A stretch of 64,000 bases of DNA from a virus (IMGVR_UViG_3300027668_002455:64001-128000); one strand, 5' to 3'. Shown: positions 1 through 8,571, counted from the first letter of the stretch. A program made the numbers and translations. The notes: generated from the sequence alone by a model not told the origin.

Positions 1-1
1 A

Positions 2-550
2 GTAATATGTGATCAATCTCACCCAGATTCATCAGGAATGAAGATCAGTCTTGAGAAAATTAATTTCGAAGGAGGGGAGGTGGCTGAGGTCATATTAAAA
101 GACAAAGAGGTTAATATTTTTCCCGATTCCTTTTTAGACCCAAACGGGCACCCCTCTTTCCCTTGGAGGCTCCACATAAAAGACTGGATTATATACGCCG
201 ATAGCGAGACTGCTGACAGGGTCTGGGCTGGAATGCTTTCTACATATATAGCACTGGTATCAAATGACATAGTAAGGTTTATGGGTAACAAGCAGATTGG
301 GCTTATTCCCGGGGGAGAAGTCGTTAACGGGGCAGCTGCACTACTAAATAACAGCTGTCTTCACAGGCAACCCCTCCAAGGAAGATGCTTAAAAATTGTT
401 CACCCTAATGAATCGATGAGGAAGAGTGGTTTTAAAGGTAAGCACTTAAGCAGCAAGAAGCTTGGTATCATAAGGGGTGGGTCAGTAATATCCATGGGCT
501 CCCACCAAGACATGGTTGACAGAATACTTGAGTGGGTTGAGAAAAAATAA
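2..550 (+). CDS. Hypothetical protein, probably 5'-truncated by the window
   Basis: Frame is open from position 2; stop overlaps the next ATG (TAATG); no recognisable motif. Confidence 0.6.
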   Translation, partial: VICDQSHPDSSGMKISLEKINFEGGEVAEVILKDKEVNIFPDSFLDPNGHPSFPWRLHIKDWIIYADSETADRVWAGMLSTYIALVSNDIVRFMGNKQIGLIPGGEVVNGAAALLNNSCLHRQPLQGRCLKIVHPNESMRKSGFKGKHLSSKKLGIIRGGSVISMGSHQDMVDRILEWVEKK

Positions 551-1212
551 TGTCCTGTAAAAGAAATAATTTTATTTTTATCCATAACCCAAAAACAGGG
601 GGAGAAACTATAGAAACGTTATTAAAACACCGCAAAAACCATTCATATGCTTATGAATTAAAGGATAAAATTAAAAATAAATATTCTTTTGTTTTTGTTA
701 GGCACCCAGTTACAAGAATTATATCGTGGTATAATCACTTGTTAAAACATAGATATTATAAAGATATAGAAAATAATAAATTGAACAACTCTAGCACGTG
801 CTATGATAAGCTTAAAAAGTCCCACAAAATGGGACCCCGAGTGCACAGGCAGATTGCAGAAAAAAATAATATCAATGATTGGATTAAAATAATGCTTAAT
901 GATGTTGATACATATAATAAACCACAATGGGGACCATTATCCCATCAATATTTGTATGTTTATGATACAGACGGTAAAACAAAATTAGTATCAGAATTTT
1001 TTAAATTTGAAAATTATCAAGAAGAACTAATAAAAATATTTAAGAAATTAAAGAAAGAGGAATTAATTAAAAGCATAGATAAAACAAATCACTCCAAAAA
1101 AATAAATGATAAACTAACCAGTGAATCTATAGAACTGATATATAATTATTTTGAAAAAGATTTTGAACTTTTCAATTATAAAAAATATGAATATGATTGT
1201 ACACTAAAATGA
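550..1212 (+). CDS. Carbohydrate sulfotransferase (Sulfotransfer_2 family)
   Basis: 5'-PSB motif FIHNPKTGG and 3'-PB motif FVRHP..RIISWY. Confidence 0.85.
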   Translation: MSCKRNNFIFIHNPKTGGETIETLLKHRKNHSYAYELKDKIKNKYSFVFVRHPVTRIISWYNHLLKHRYYKDIENNKLNNSSTCYDKLKKSHKMGPRVHRQIAEKNNINDWIKIMLNDVDTYNKPQWGPLSHQYLYVYDTDGKTKLVSEFFKFENYQEELIKIFKKLKKEELIKSIDKTNHSKKINDKLTSESIELIYNYFEKDFELFNYKKYEYDCTLK

Positions 1213-1865
1213 AAACGGCAGCATTCATACCAATTAAAAGCAACTCCGAAAGAGTGAAAGGAAAAAATTTCACAAAGCTCTGCGGCAAAAAGCTTTATGA
1301 ACACATTATACTCAATGCCTTGGAAGCATCGTGTTTTGATGCCATCTATGTAGATACAGACAGTCAAGAGATAAAAGACTTTTGCAACAAAAATAATACA
1401 TATATAATTGAAAGAGACCCGCGCCTAGCAAGTAACAGTGCAAATGGAAATGATTTACTTAACCACCACGCGTATAACTTCCCTGCGTACGATTTATATT
1501 TTCAACTATTTGCAACAGCGCCCTTTTTAAAACCCAGCACGATTGCTGAGTGTGTTGGTAAGTTAGCCACAACAAATAAACACGATTCTATACTAACGGT
1601 TACTGAAGAGCCCGGTTGGTACTGGGTAAACGGAGTCCCCGTTAATTACAGACCGGGGATACTACCGAGAAGCCAAGATGCAGTGTCGGTTCTTAAGGAG
1701 AGCACGGGGCTTTATGGAGTAAGCAGGAGCTCTTTGAGAAAATACCAATGTAGGATAGGAGCAAAACCCATTTTCCACAAGATAGATAGGGTGGAGGCTA
1801 TGGATTTAGATACTGTAGATGATTTTTTAATAGCAAAGAGTTTTTGTAAAGATGAAGAAGCTTGA
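1209..1865 (+). CDS. Acylneuraminate/KDO-type cytidylyltransferase (NeuA/KdsB family)
   Basis: IPIKSNSERVKGKN, VDTDS, TAPFL, DLDT.DDF motifs; ATG at 1209 overlaps the upstream stop. Confidence 0.85.
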   Translation: MKTAAFIPIKSNSERVKGKNFTKLCGKKLYEHIILNALEASCFDAIYVDTDSQEIKDFCNKNNTYIIERDPRLASNSANGNDLLNHHAYNFPAYDLYFQLFATAPFLKPSTIAECVGKLATTNKHDSILTVTEEPGWYWVNGVPVNYRPGILPRSQDAVSVLKESTGLYGVSRSSLRKYQCRIGAKPIFHKIDRVEAMDLDTVDDFLIAKSFCKDEEA

Positions 1866-2391
1866 AACAGAAAATATAGAATCAGTTTTTGAAAGAGTAA
1901 TAAATAGCTCTGAGTGGGGCCTTTTACAACGTCATTTTAATCGTAGCAAAGATATATATTTAGCGGGTAACGGTGGTAATTCAGCCATCGCTGACCACGG
2001 CGCAATAGATATGACTCGCCATACTGACAAAAATATCGTATGTGCCGGAAGTGCTGTCTTAGCTACATCAATTATAAATGATGTTGGTTTTGAAAAGTGG
2101 ACATCTAAATGGCTAGATTTTATTTTGAGGGGTAGAGAAAAAGTTGGGGGAGGCATGTTCATAGGTATATCTGCCTCTGGTACATCAAAAAACCTTTTAG
2201 ATGCCTTAGATTATTGTGATGAAAGGGGCCGCGTTTCCGCATTAATAACAGCAAAGCCCCCAAAGGTAGAAAAGCCAAATTCTATAATAGTAGTTCTTGA
2301 CGTTGAATACTATCACACTGCAGAGGTATTAAGCCTTATGTTAATGTACCAACTTATAATTGGCTCTGGATTTAACTGTCCAAAAATATGA
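1852..2391 (+). CDS. SIS-domain sugar-phosphate isomerase (GmhA-like)
   Basis: GNGGNSAIADH, ISASGTSKN and EVLSL motifs. Confidence 0.8.
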   Translation: MKKLETENIESVFERVINSSEWGLLQRHFNRSKDIYLAGNGGNSAIADHGAIDMTRHTDKNIVCAGSAVLATSIINDVGFEKWTSKWLDFILRGREKVGGGMFIGISASGTSKNLLDALDYCDERGRVSALITAKPPKVEKPNSIIVVLDVEYYHTAEVLSLMLMYQLIIGSGFNCPKI

Positions 2392-3044
2392 TAATATCCC
2401 ACAAACATAAATTCATTTTCTTCCACCTTCAAAAAACAGGGGGAACATCGATTGCTCACGCGATGTTTCCTCAGTTGGGAAAAGAGGATGAGGTGATAGG
2501 ATATAAAAAGCTACAAGAAAAAAATCCCGAGTCCCCGCTCTCTAAGCACTCTTCTTGCTTAAGTGTTTTTGATTCTATGGATATTGATGTTTATAAAGAC
2601 TATTTTAAGTTTGCGTTTGTTAGAAATCCCTATGACTTATTCGTTTCCCTTTATCACTGGTGGCAAAAAACCCCCTCTTGGGATGATCCGTCCTTATTAC
2701 AAACAAGACTGAGTAAAGTAGAAAGTTTCGAAGAATTTTGTTATAGATATGAACAAATTAAAAAGCCTTATAATTTTTTATATGACAACCACTTTTTTAG
2801 CACTCAATATAAGTACTTTTTCTTTAATGACAGTCTTTTATTTAATTTTTTAGGAAGACATGAAACCCTTCAAGAGGACTACGAGAAAATATGCAAAATC
2901 ATAGGGATACGTTCATCTACCCTTGAAAAACTAAATGTATCAGAAAGAGACGCAAACCATAGAATCTACTACAATGAAAATTGCATCAAATACGTTAAGC
3001 GAAAATATAAAAAAGAATTAAAAACATTTAATTATAAATTTTAA
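2388..3044 (+). CDS. Carbohydrate sulfotransferase (Sulfotransfer_2 family)
   Basis: MIISHKHKFIFFHLQKTGGTSI, FAFVRNPYD.FVSLY, GRHETLQED. Confidence 0.88.
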   Translation: MIISHKHKFIFFHLQKTGGTSIAHAMFPQLGKEDEVIGYKKLQEKNPESPLSKHSSCLSVFDSMDIDVYKDYFKFAFVRNPYDLFVSLYHWWQKTPSWDDPSLLQTRLSKVESFEEFCYRYEQIKKPYNFLYDNHFFSTQYKYFFFNDSLLFNFLGRHETLQEDYEKICKIIGIRSSTLEKLNVSERDANHRIYYNENCIKYVKRKYKKELKTFNYKF

Positions 3045-3047
3045 TAT

Positions 3048-3124
3048 GCTCTCGTAGCTCAATTGGATAGAGCATCTGTCTTCTAAACAGAGGGTTCTGG
3101 GTTCAAGTCCCAGTGAGAGTACCA
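3048..3124 (+). tRNA. tRNA-Arg(UCU)
   Basis: Cloverleaf: GCTCTCG/TGAGAGT acceptor stem, GCTC/GAGC D-stem, TCTGT-CT-TCT-AA-ACAGA anticodon arm, CTGGG-TTCAAGT-CCCAG T-arm, encoded CCA. Confidence 0.97.
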
Positions 3125-3130
3125 TTTATA

Positions 3131-3613
3131 ATGAAAGAGGATATAAATAAAAAATATTTAGATGACCCCAAGTTCCACCGGATAATAAACAGTCTAATGA
3201 ACATAGAGCTTACAGTGGTAGCGGCTAGTGGTTATTTTGACCCACTTCATGTGGGTCATGTAGAATACTTAGAGAAGGCTAAGGCTCTTGGGGATAAGCT
3301 GGTTGTTATTGTGAATAGCGACGCTCAAGCCGCACTGAAAAAAGGGAAGTCTTTCATGAGTCAGGGCGATAGATTGAAAATCATTAAATCTTTAAGGTGC
3401 GTAGATGAAGCCTTCATTGCCATTGACACTGACCAAACCGTATGCAAGTCCCTGATAGCCTGTGACCCACATATTTTTGCAAATGGCGGAGATCGCTCGG
3501 AAGAAGAAATACCCGAGGCTGGAATATGCAAGGAAACAGGCATCGAAATGGTAGATGAATTAGGAAGAAAAATCAGGTCATCTTCTGATTATACAGGGTT
3601 AAAGAGTGGTTAA
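3131..3613 (+). CDS. HIGH-motif nucleotidyltransferase (TagD/RfaE domain II-like)
   Basis: SGYFDPLHVGH, VIVNSD, ANGGDR, IRSSS; start moved to ATG 3131 because GTG 3113 lies inside the tRNA. Confidence 0.85.
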   Translation: MKEDINKKYLDDPKFHRIINSLMNIELTVVAASGYFDPLHVGHVEYLEKAKALGDKLVVIVNSDAQAALKKGKSFMSQGDRLKIIKSLRCVDEAFIAIDTDQTVCKSLIACDPHIFANGGDRSEEEIPEAGICKETGIEMVDELGRKIRSSSDYTGLKSG

Positions 3614-3616
3614 AAA

Positions 3617-3633
3617 GTGTAATATAATTACAC
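3617..3633. promoter_or_regulatory. GTGTAA motif within inverted repeat GTGTAAT-ATA-ATTACAC
   Basis: Motif ends 12 nt before ATG 3635; the same hexamer recurs before many genes. Confidence 0.55.
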
Positions 3634-3634
3634 G

Positions 3635-3814
3635 ATGCAACTAAAATACTATGAATGCCCCTATTGCCCACCAGCAATTGATAATCGATTAGTACTTAAT
3701 CGGTTAGACGGAGCAGAGTCAAAACCAGTATATAAGTGCGGAAAGTGTGCTGAAGAATTTTTTGCCACTGAAGACTTTCGTCGAACCCAGTATCGTAAAA
3801 TAAAAGATGGCTAA
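3635..3814 (+). CDS. Small zinc-ribbon protein (59 aa, not in ORF track)
   Basis: MQLKYYECPYC...YKCGKC...KIKDG; two CxxC pairs; fills the intergenic gap. Confidence 0.7.
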   Translation: MQLKYYECPYCPPAIDNRLVLNRLDGAESKPVYKCGKCAEEFFATEDFRRTQYRKIKDG

Positions 3815-3890
3815 TTTAATACTTTTTTAAGTATTTTATTAATTTTTCACGATTTTTTGTAATTGTGTAAATTTTATTAGTATAATTATT

Positions 3891-4829
3891 ATGAAAAAAT
3901 TACTATCCTCTTTGATCGTAGCTTCTCTTCTGGTTCTACCCTCGCAAGCCGAAGAAAAGAAAAAACAAACCACAGCAGAACATTTACAAAATGTGTCTGT
4001 AACGATTAGAGCCGAGGGCTCATTCTCATCCGGTGAGGGTTCAGGGGTAATTTTCACACGAAAAGATGCAAAAGGAAATTTAGTAAATTTTGTATGGACT
4101 GCCGGACATGTCGTAGATAACTTAAGGTCCACAAGGGATATCCTCGTAGACGGCAAATCTAAAACGGTAGTTGAATTTAAAGACCCCCTAGTTGTTAAAG
4201 AGATCAGGCAAAACGGACGAACCGTAGGACGTCTCCAAATGGATGCTGAAGTTCTTAAGTATTCCGACGCAAAAGATGGTCATGACTTAGCTCTGCTGCG
4301 AGTTAGAAAACTTAACTTTGTACAAGACACCGTGACCTTTTACCTTGAAGAAAAAATTCCGCCCCTAGGCGAAGACCTCCTGCATGTTGGAAGTTTACTG
4401 GGCCAGATGGGAGCAAACAGTATGACTGATGGAATTTATTCACAGCATGGTAGATTAATTAAAAGCTTAAACAAGCACGTATTCGACCAAACAACCTGCA
4501 CGGCTTTTCCCGGCTCGAGTGGCGGCGGCGTCTACTTAAAATCTGACGCTCGATATGTAGGGATGTTAGTCAGAGGGGCTGGAGAAGGGTTTAATCTCAT
4601 TGTCCCCGCACGTAGAATGCAAGAGTACTGCGAAAAACATAAAATCATGTGGGCCTTAGATGGAAAGATCAAAATGCCCACCGAGGAAGAACTAAAGAAA
4701 CTTCCTATTGAGCATGAACCAAAAGAAAAAACCGAAGAAACCGAAGAAGAAAGTGCTGCTAAGAAACTGTTTCCCTTCAGACTGAGGGTGACATATCCAA
4801 AAATCTTAATCTTAAAAGAAAAGAACTAA
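3891..4829 (+). CDS. Secreted trypsin-like (S1) serine protease
   Basis: Signal peptide MKKLLSSLIVASLLVLPSQA; catalytic triad TAGH, HDLALL, PGSSGGG. Confidence 0.88.
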   Translation: MKKLLSSLIVASLLVLPSQAEEKKKQTTAEHLQNVSVTIRAEGSFSSGEGSGVIFTRKDAKGNLVNFVWTAGHVVDNLRSTRDILVDGKSKTVVEFKDPLVVKEIRQNGRTVGRLQMDAEVLKYSDAKDGHDLALLRVRKLNFVQDTVTFYLEEKIPPLGEDLLHVGSLLGQMGANSMTDGIYSQHGRLIKSLNKHVFDQTTCTAFPGSSGGGVYLKSDARYVGMLVRGAGEGFNLIVPARRMQEYCEKHKIMWALDGKIKMPTEEELKKLPIEHEPKEKTEETEEESAAKKLFPFRLRVTYPKILILKEKN

Positions 4830-4830
4830 T

Positions 4831-4989
4831 ATGAAAACATTAATTATTATCTGTAGTTGTGCCATGTTTATTGCCGCTGGATGTAAAGACTCTGCTGCCT
4901 CAGGGTGCCCAAATTGCTCGTGCGATGCGGGGTGTTGTGAGTCCGGAAAGTGCGCTGTTACGGACTGCAATTGTTCCTGCAAACCCTAA
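4831..4989 (+). CDS. Cys-rich metallothionein-like lipoprotein (52 aa, not in ORF track)
   Basis: MKTLIIICSCAMFIAAG-CKDSAASGCPNCSCDAGCCESGKCAVTDCNCSCKP; lipobox-like AAG-C; starts 1 nt after the protease stop. Confidence 0.7.
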   Translation: MKTLIIICSCAMFIAAGCKDSAASGCPNCSCDAGCCESGKCAVTDCNCSCKP

Positions 4990-5105
4990 AAATACAAGGG
5001 AACTTAGATAAGGGGCGTCGGAGGGTGGACATAAAAGAGTGATAAGGCTTTAGCTTTATTGCTTTTTTGTTCTTTTTTGTAAAAAAAAGTGTAATCCTTA
5101 AAGTA

Positions 5106-5816
5106 ATGAAGATCGAACATAAAAAATATGTCTGGGAGGTTGACCTTTTTGACGGAGAAGCTAGTAGCCTACAGAGCGCAGAGAGATTTGGCGGCAAAAA
5201 GCGTAGTGAACTCAAAGACAGTGATTTTCTTGACCCCAAAAGGCGATCATTCCCAGTAATGTCCTGCAAAGATGTAGAAGACGCCGTAAGTTCATGGGGG
5301 ATGTACAAAGGTTCAATGAGCTTTGATGAATTCAAAAGTAAATTGACGAGTCGCGCCAAAAAACTCGGATGTGAAAGCGCGCTTCCTGACAAGTGGGTTA
5401 AGGGGGCCAAAACCAAAAAAGAGTGGAATAAAATAGACAAAAAAGAACTTGATCGTGATTCTAAAAAAGAAAAAGGAGAACACGAAAAAGACGCCATTAA
5501 AGACGACGAAGATAAAATCAAGAAGCTAAAGAAAGGAAAACCCTCTGAAAAGAAAAGCGTAATGGTTCATGATCTTAAAAAAGATGAAAAGTTTGATAAG
5601 AAAGACAAGACTGCGACTTCTAAAAAAGGACTTCCCCCGTGGCTAAAGAAAGATAAAAAGGAAGACAAAAAAGACGGTAAGAAGGGCGATAAGAAAGACG
5701 ATAAAAAAGAAGAAGGCAAGAATGGCAAAAAGCTTCCGCCGTGGCTAAACAAAAAAAAGAGTAAATCAACAGACTATTCAGACTTGTATAAAAAAGTCTC
5801 TAACAAGAATAAATAA
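5106..5816 (+). CDS. Lys/Asp-rich phage protein with conserved N-terminal domain (DUF6582-like) and two LPPWL repeats
   Basis: RSELKDSDF..R.FP...RAKKLG...LPDKW pattern; highly charged tail; GTGTAA 11 nt upstream of ATG 5106. Confidence 0.6.
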   Translation: MKIEHKKYVWEVDLFDGEASSLQSAERFGGKKRSELKDSDFLDPKRRSFPVMSCKDVEDAVSSWGMYKGSMSFDEFKSKLTSRAKKLGCESALPDKWVKGAKTKKEWNKIDKKELDRDSKKEKGEHEKDAIKDDEDKIKKLKKGKPSEKKSVMVHDLKKDEKFDKKDKTATSKKGLPPWLKKDKKEDKKDGKKGDKKDDKKEEGKNGKKLPPWLNKKKSKSTDYSDLYKKVSNKNK

Positions 5817-5817
5817 A

Positions 5818-6027
5818 ATGCCACTCCCCTCAAAAAAAGGTAAAGAATCTCAATCAGAGTTCGTTTCTCGCTGCATGGGGGACAGCGTAATGAACAAGGA
5901 GTTTAGAAACAAAAGTCAACGTGCAGCTGTTTGCTATGATCAATACAAAAAAGCTGAAAAAGTAAAAGCTTCAGATAAAGACCCCCTATGGGATGAGTTT
6001 TCTAATGAATTTTTTACTATTTATTAG
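5818..6027 (+). CDS. Small conserved phage protein
   Basis: MPLP...E.QSEFVSRCM...M.KEF...QRAAVCY pattern, common in phage head-associated proteins. Confidence 0.65.
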   Translation: MPLPSKKGKESQSEFVSRCMGDSVMNKEFRNKSQRAAVCYDQYKKAEKVKASDKDPLWDEFSNEFFTIY

Positions 6028-6343
6028 AGAGTCTCTTTAGTTGTTCCGTAATCCGACTTACGTTCCCAAAATCTATTGAATTTGTTTTAATAGTATTAGT
6101 ATAATTAAAATCAACATCTATTCTCAATCCTGAGACGCGCTCCTCCGGAGTAACATACTGTTCTACATAGTCCATTAGACCAAGTTCCTTCATATAAATG
6201 AAGTAAACATCCTTCAACTCTTGCTCTACCTCTATTAAGTTATATAACTTTAGGTCGCACCGCGAAAATGCCATGACATATCTAATGGCTAAGCTATCAC
6301 TAAGGGGAGTGTCAATTAAAAGAGATGATGTAATCAAATTCAC
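6017..6343 (-). CDS. Hypothetical protein
   Basis: Fills the gap between + strand genes; GTG 6343 lies 8 nt downstream of a minus-strand GTGTAA. Confidence 0.6.
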   Translation of the reverse strand: MNLITSSLLIDTPLSDSLAIRYVMAFSRCDLKLYNLIEVEQELKDVYFIYMKELGLMDYVEQYVTPEERVSGLRIDVDFNYTNTIKTNSIDFGNVSRITEQLKRLSNK

Positions 6344-6351
6344 ATTACTCT

Positions 6352-6365
6352 TTACACCGGTGTAA
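6352..6365. promoter_or_regulatory. Back-to-back GTGTAA motifs (TTACAC-CG-GTGTAA), putative divergent promoter
   Basis: Perfect 14-bp palindrome; each copy is followed 8 nt later by a GTG start (6343 minus, 6374 plus). Confidence 0.65.
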
Positions 6366-6373
6366 TTATATGT

Positions 6374-6589
6374 GTGAGGACAAAACCTAAAATTGTTCAA
6401 TTAAATGGACTACACATCGAGGTATACAAAACAAAAATTAAAATACACGATGTCGTGAACGATGTTAGTTCTGTCGAAGCTGAAAAAATAGTATCCTACC
6501 TTTACCGTGAAGGATTTATTGAGCGAAAAAGCATAATCTGTGAGATATTACGGAACAGCGAGGAAGACATTGAGGGTGATGAGGAGTAA
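6374..6589 (+). CDS. Hypothetical protein
   Basis: ORF in tightly packed operon. Confidence 0.6.
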   Translation: MRTKPKIVQLNGLHIEVYKTKIKIHDVVNDVSSVEAEKIVSYLYREGFIERKSIICEILRNSEEDIEGDEE

Positions 6590-6591
6590 AA

Positions 6592-7278
6592 ATGGCCCAG
6601 CTAAACGCAAATGTACCTTACGTTCAATGCTTCATTAGAAATAAATATATTTTCCCGGAAGATGATGAAGGTCTTACTGAGGGATATATATTTGGATGTA
6701 AATCCATGCTCAATAGACCTATGCATTTCCATTTTCAATCCAAGTTCGGAGCAAATTTTTGGATGATGCCAATTTCAGCCTTTTGCCATAAAAAAGATTT
6801 TGATATTTTATCAACAGAGGAAGAAAAGCGGCTCTCCATGCTTCAAACGTGGGACTGTCAAAGCAATAACATTGCGGTTACAACATTTGCCTTTTTACAA
6901 CACAAAAGGGTGGACGTTCATTGTCGAGATGATGTTTGGCGCTCTGGTAAATACCTATTTACGATTGATGATTATGAAGGAGACCTTAACGAGCTTAATG
7001 TGGGATACGCCAACGACACTGACAGTAAATGCTATCAGTTCATAGTCCTAGATGATGGAAATTTCTGTATACCCCCAAATAACCTACTAAGGTGGCATAA
7101 TCCTGACTTTATAGTTCCATATCCCAAGGACAACGTGCCTAAACTCCGAGTATATTCTGATCAAATGAGCTCCGAAGACGTTGACAGAAGCTATGGCAAT
7201 AGCCCCTACTTTTTTTATAACCAAAAACCTCAAAAGAAAAATGAAACAAAAAAAAACAGTAAAAAAGAAGATGCATAA
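6592..7278 (+). CDS. Conserved aquatic-phage hypothetical protein
   Basis: MAQLNANVP..C.IR, PISAF, LQTWDC, G.YLFTID, LDDGNF...PNN pattern. Confidence 0.65.
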   Translation: MAQLNANVPYVQCFIRNKYIFPEDDEGLTEGYIFGCKSMLNRPMHFHFQSKFGANFWMMPISAFCHKKDFDILSTEEEKRLSMLQTWDCQSNNIAVTTFAFLQHKRVDVHCRDDVWRSGKYLFTIDDYEGDLNELNVGYANDTDSKCYQFIVLDDGNFCIPPNNLLRWHNPDFIVPYPKDNVPKLRVYSDQMSSEDVDRSYGNSPYFFYNQKPQKKNETKKNSKKEDA

Positions 7279-7447
7279 AACGGCTGATCCCACTTGGGAT
7301 GCTCAGACTTATGGCAATTCAAGTAAAAGCCCCTTTAATGTAGACTGGATAAAATACCGCAACCCAATAGAGGGCCGCGATCAAATAATATTCCTCTACA
7401 GCGATAAAGAAACTAAAAAAATTATAAAGCACAGAATACTGCAGTAG
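7271..7447 (+). CDS. Hypothetical protein
   Basis: ATG overlaps the end of the upstream gene. Confidence 0.45.
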   Translation: MHKTADPTWDAQTYGNSSKSPFNVDWIKYRNPIEGRDQIIFLYSDKETKKIIKHRILQ

Positions 7448-7476
7448 CCATATAATTAAGTGTAAGTAAAGGTGCC

Positions 7477-7791
7477 GTGAACTTTTCTCTCAAGGAATAT
7501 GTACTAAGAATTAAGTCGGAAGCTATTCAGGCTGGATACTCCTTGAGAATTGATGAAAGCGAGATGGATACCGTCACTCTGGTCTCTAATCCAAAGACCA
7601 GTAAGGTTGGGATGGCATTAATTTCGCCCAATATTTTTGGTGATTTAAAAATACGGACCTTTTTAATTAATCAGCGTAAATATCAATGGGCCAAAGACGA
7701 GGGATTTAGCCTTGACGAGATGATAGAGCTAAAAGATGAAGGGGTTTTCCTTGAGGTAGACCCTAGGAAAATGGTTAATTTTTTATTATAA
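7477..7791 (+). CDS. Hypothetical protein
   Basis: GTG start 11 nt after GTGTAA (7460-7465). Confidence 0.6.
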   Translation: MNFSLKEYVLRIKSEAIQAGYSLRIDESEMDTVTLVSNPKTSKVGMALISPNIFGDLKIRTFLINQRKYQWAKDEGFSLDEMIELKDEGVFLEVDPRKMVNFLL

Positions 7792-7820
7792 ATTTTAATT
7801 CTTTTTAATACAATAGTATA

Positions 7821-8066
7821 ATGAAAAAAAGCTTACAATTATTAGATGAGATTCTTGTAAAAGCTGAACATGACAACAGGGTGGAGTGTTCAATAGAGGG
7901 AGCTCTATTTGAAAGCTTTTATGTTTTCCACCTAAAAAACCTTAAAAAATTAATCATAGAAGAAGGTTCTGAAAATTTTCCATTTACAAAAGAAGAAGAG
8001 GAAGAAATTAAAATATCTATCCGGCAAGCGATGGGAGGGGACCCTAGTGATGAAAAAGTTCAATAA
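7821..8066 (+). CDS. Hypothetical protein
   Basis: ORF; TACAAT 6 nt upstream of ATG. Confidence 0.55.
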   Translation: MKKSLQLLDEILVKAEHDNRVECSIEGALFESFYVFHLKNLKKLIIEEGSENFPFTKEEEEEIKISIRQAMGGDPSDEKVQ

Positions 8067-8319
8067 AAAATACTTCCAAGAAAAGTATCTTTTAGCTTAT
8101 AAGAGCGTAAACTGGTGGGAAGAAGAAGTGGGGGAGCTTGTATCTTTCTTTGAAAATCTAGATAATAAAAAACTTAAACATAAATACAGCAAAAGGATAC
8201 TAGAGCATAACGTGAACGCCTATACAGCACTATGTGGACGTGGGGATGTAGAAGCTAAAATCCTAGACGAAATAGAGAAGGAATTTAAAAAATATAATGC
8301 CTCGAAAAAGAAAAAGTAA
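8050..8319 (+). CDS. Hypothetical protein
   Basis: Overlapping ORF in operon. Confidence 0.55.
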   Translation: MKKFNKKYFQEKYLLAYKSVNWWEEEVGELVSFFENLDNKKLKHKYSKRILEHNVNAYTALCGRGDVEAKILDEIEKEFKKYNASKKKK

Positions 8320-8461
8320 AATGTATCTAGTTCTCGCTGAGAGCAACAACTATACACAGGGAGCCTTCCCATACACAGAGGAGGGAAAAAGAATGGCCGA
8401 AGAACTTGTCGAAAAGGCCCGCACTAAAACCCGCGAATCCTTTTATATAACTGAAAAGTAA
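8297..8461 (+). CDS. Hypothetical protein (54 aa, not in ORF track)
   Basis: MPRKRKSKMYLVLAESNNYTQGAFPYTEEGK...; overlaps the upstream gene end. Confidence 0.55.
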   Translation: MPRKRKSKMYLVLAESNNYTQGAFPYTEEGKRMAEELVEKARTKTRESFYITEK

Positions 8462-8571
8462 TGACGCTATCTATAGTACAGTATATCGTCCACCAATAGA
8501 TAGTTTTTCGTTTCGGTTCTAAATTAACAACTCCGGACTTTCCCTTGGCGTCAAATTAAATGAAAAAAAAA

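Noticed and set aside
3113-3130. GTG start for the nucleotidyltransferase
   Set aside because: It lies within the tRNA 3' end; ATG 3131 is preferred
4958-5521. 187-aa antisense ORF and other short antisense/overlapping ORFs (e.g. 31003-31575, 14457-14669, those within 41.5-50 kb and 55.7-62.3 kb)
   Set aside because: Shadows of well-supported genes or of the tmRNA; low-complexity translations with no motifs
8510-8546. Minus-strand GGGAAAGTCCGG resembling the RNase P RNA P4 motif
   Set aside because: Only about 110 nt of non-coding space and no proper 3' P4 partner; too short for an RNase P RNA
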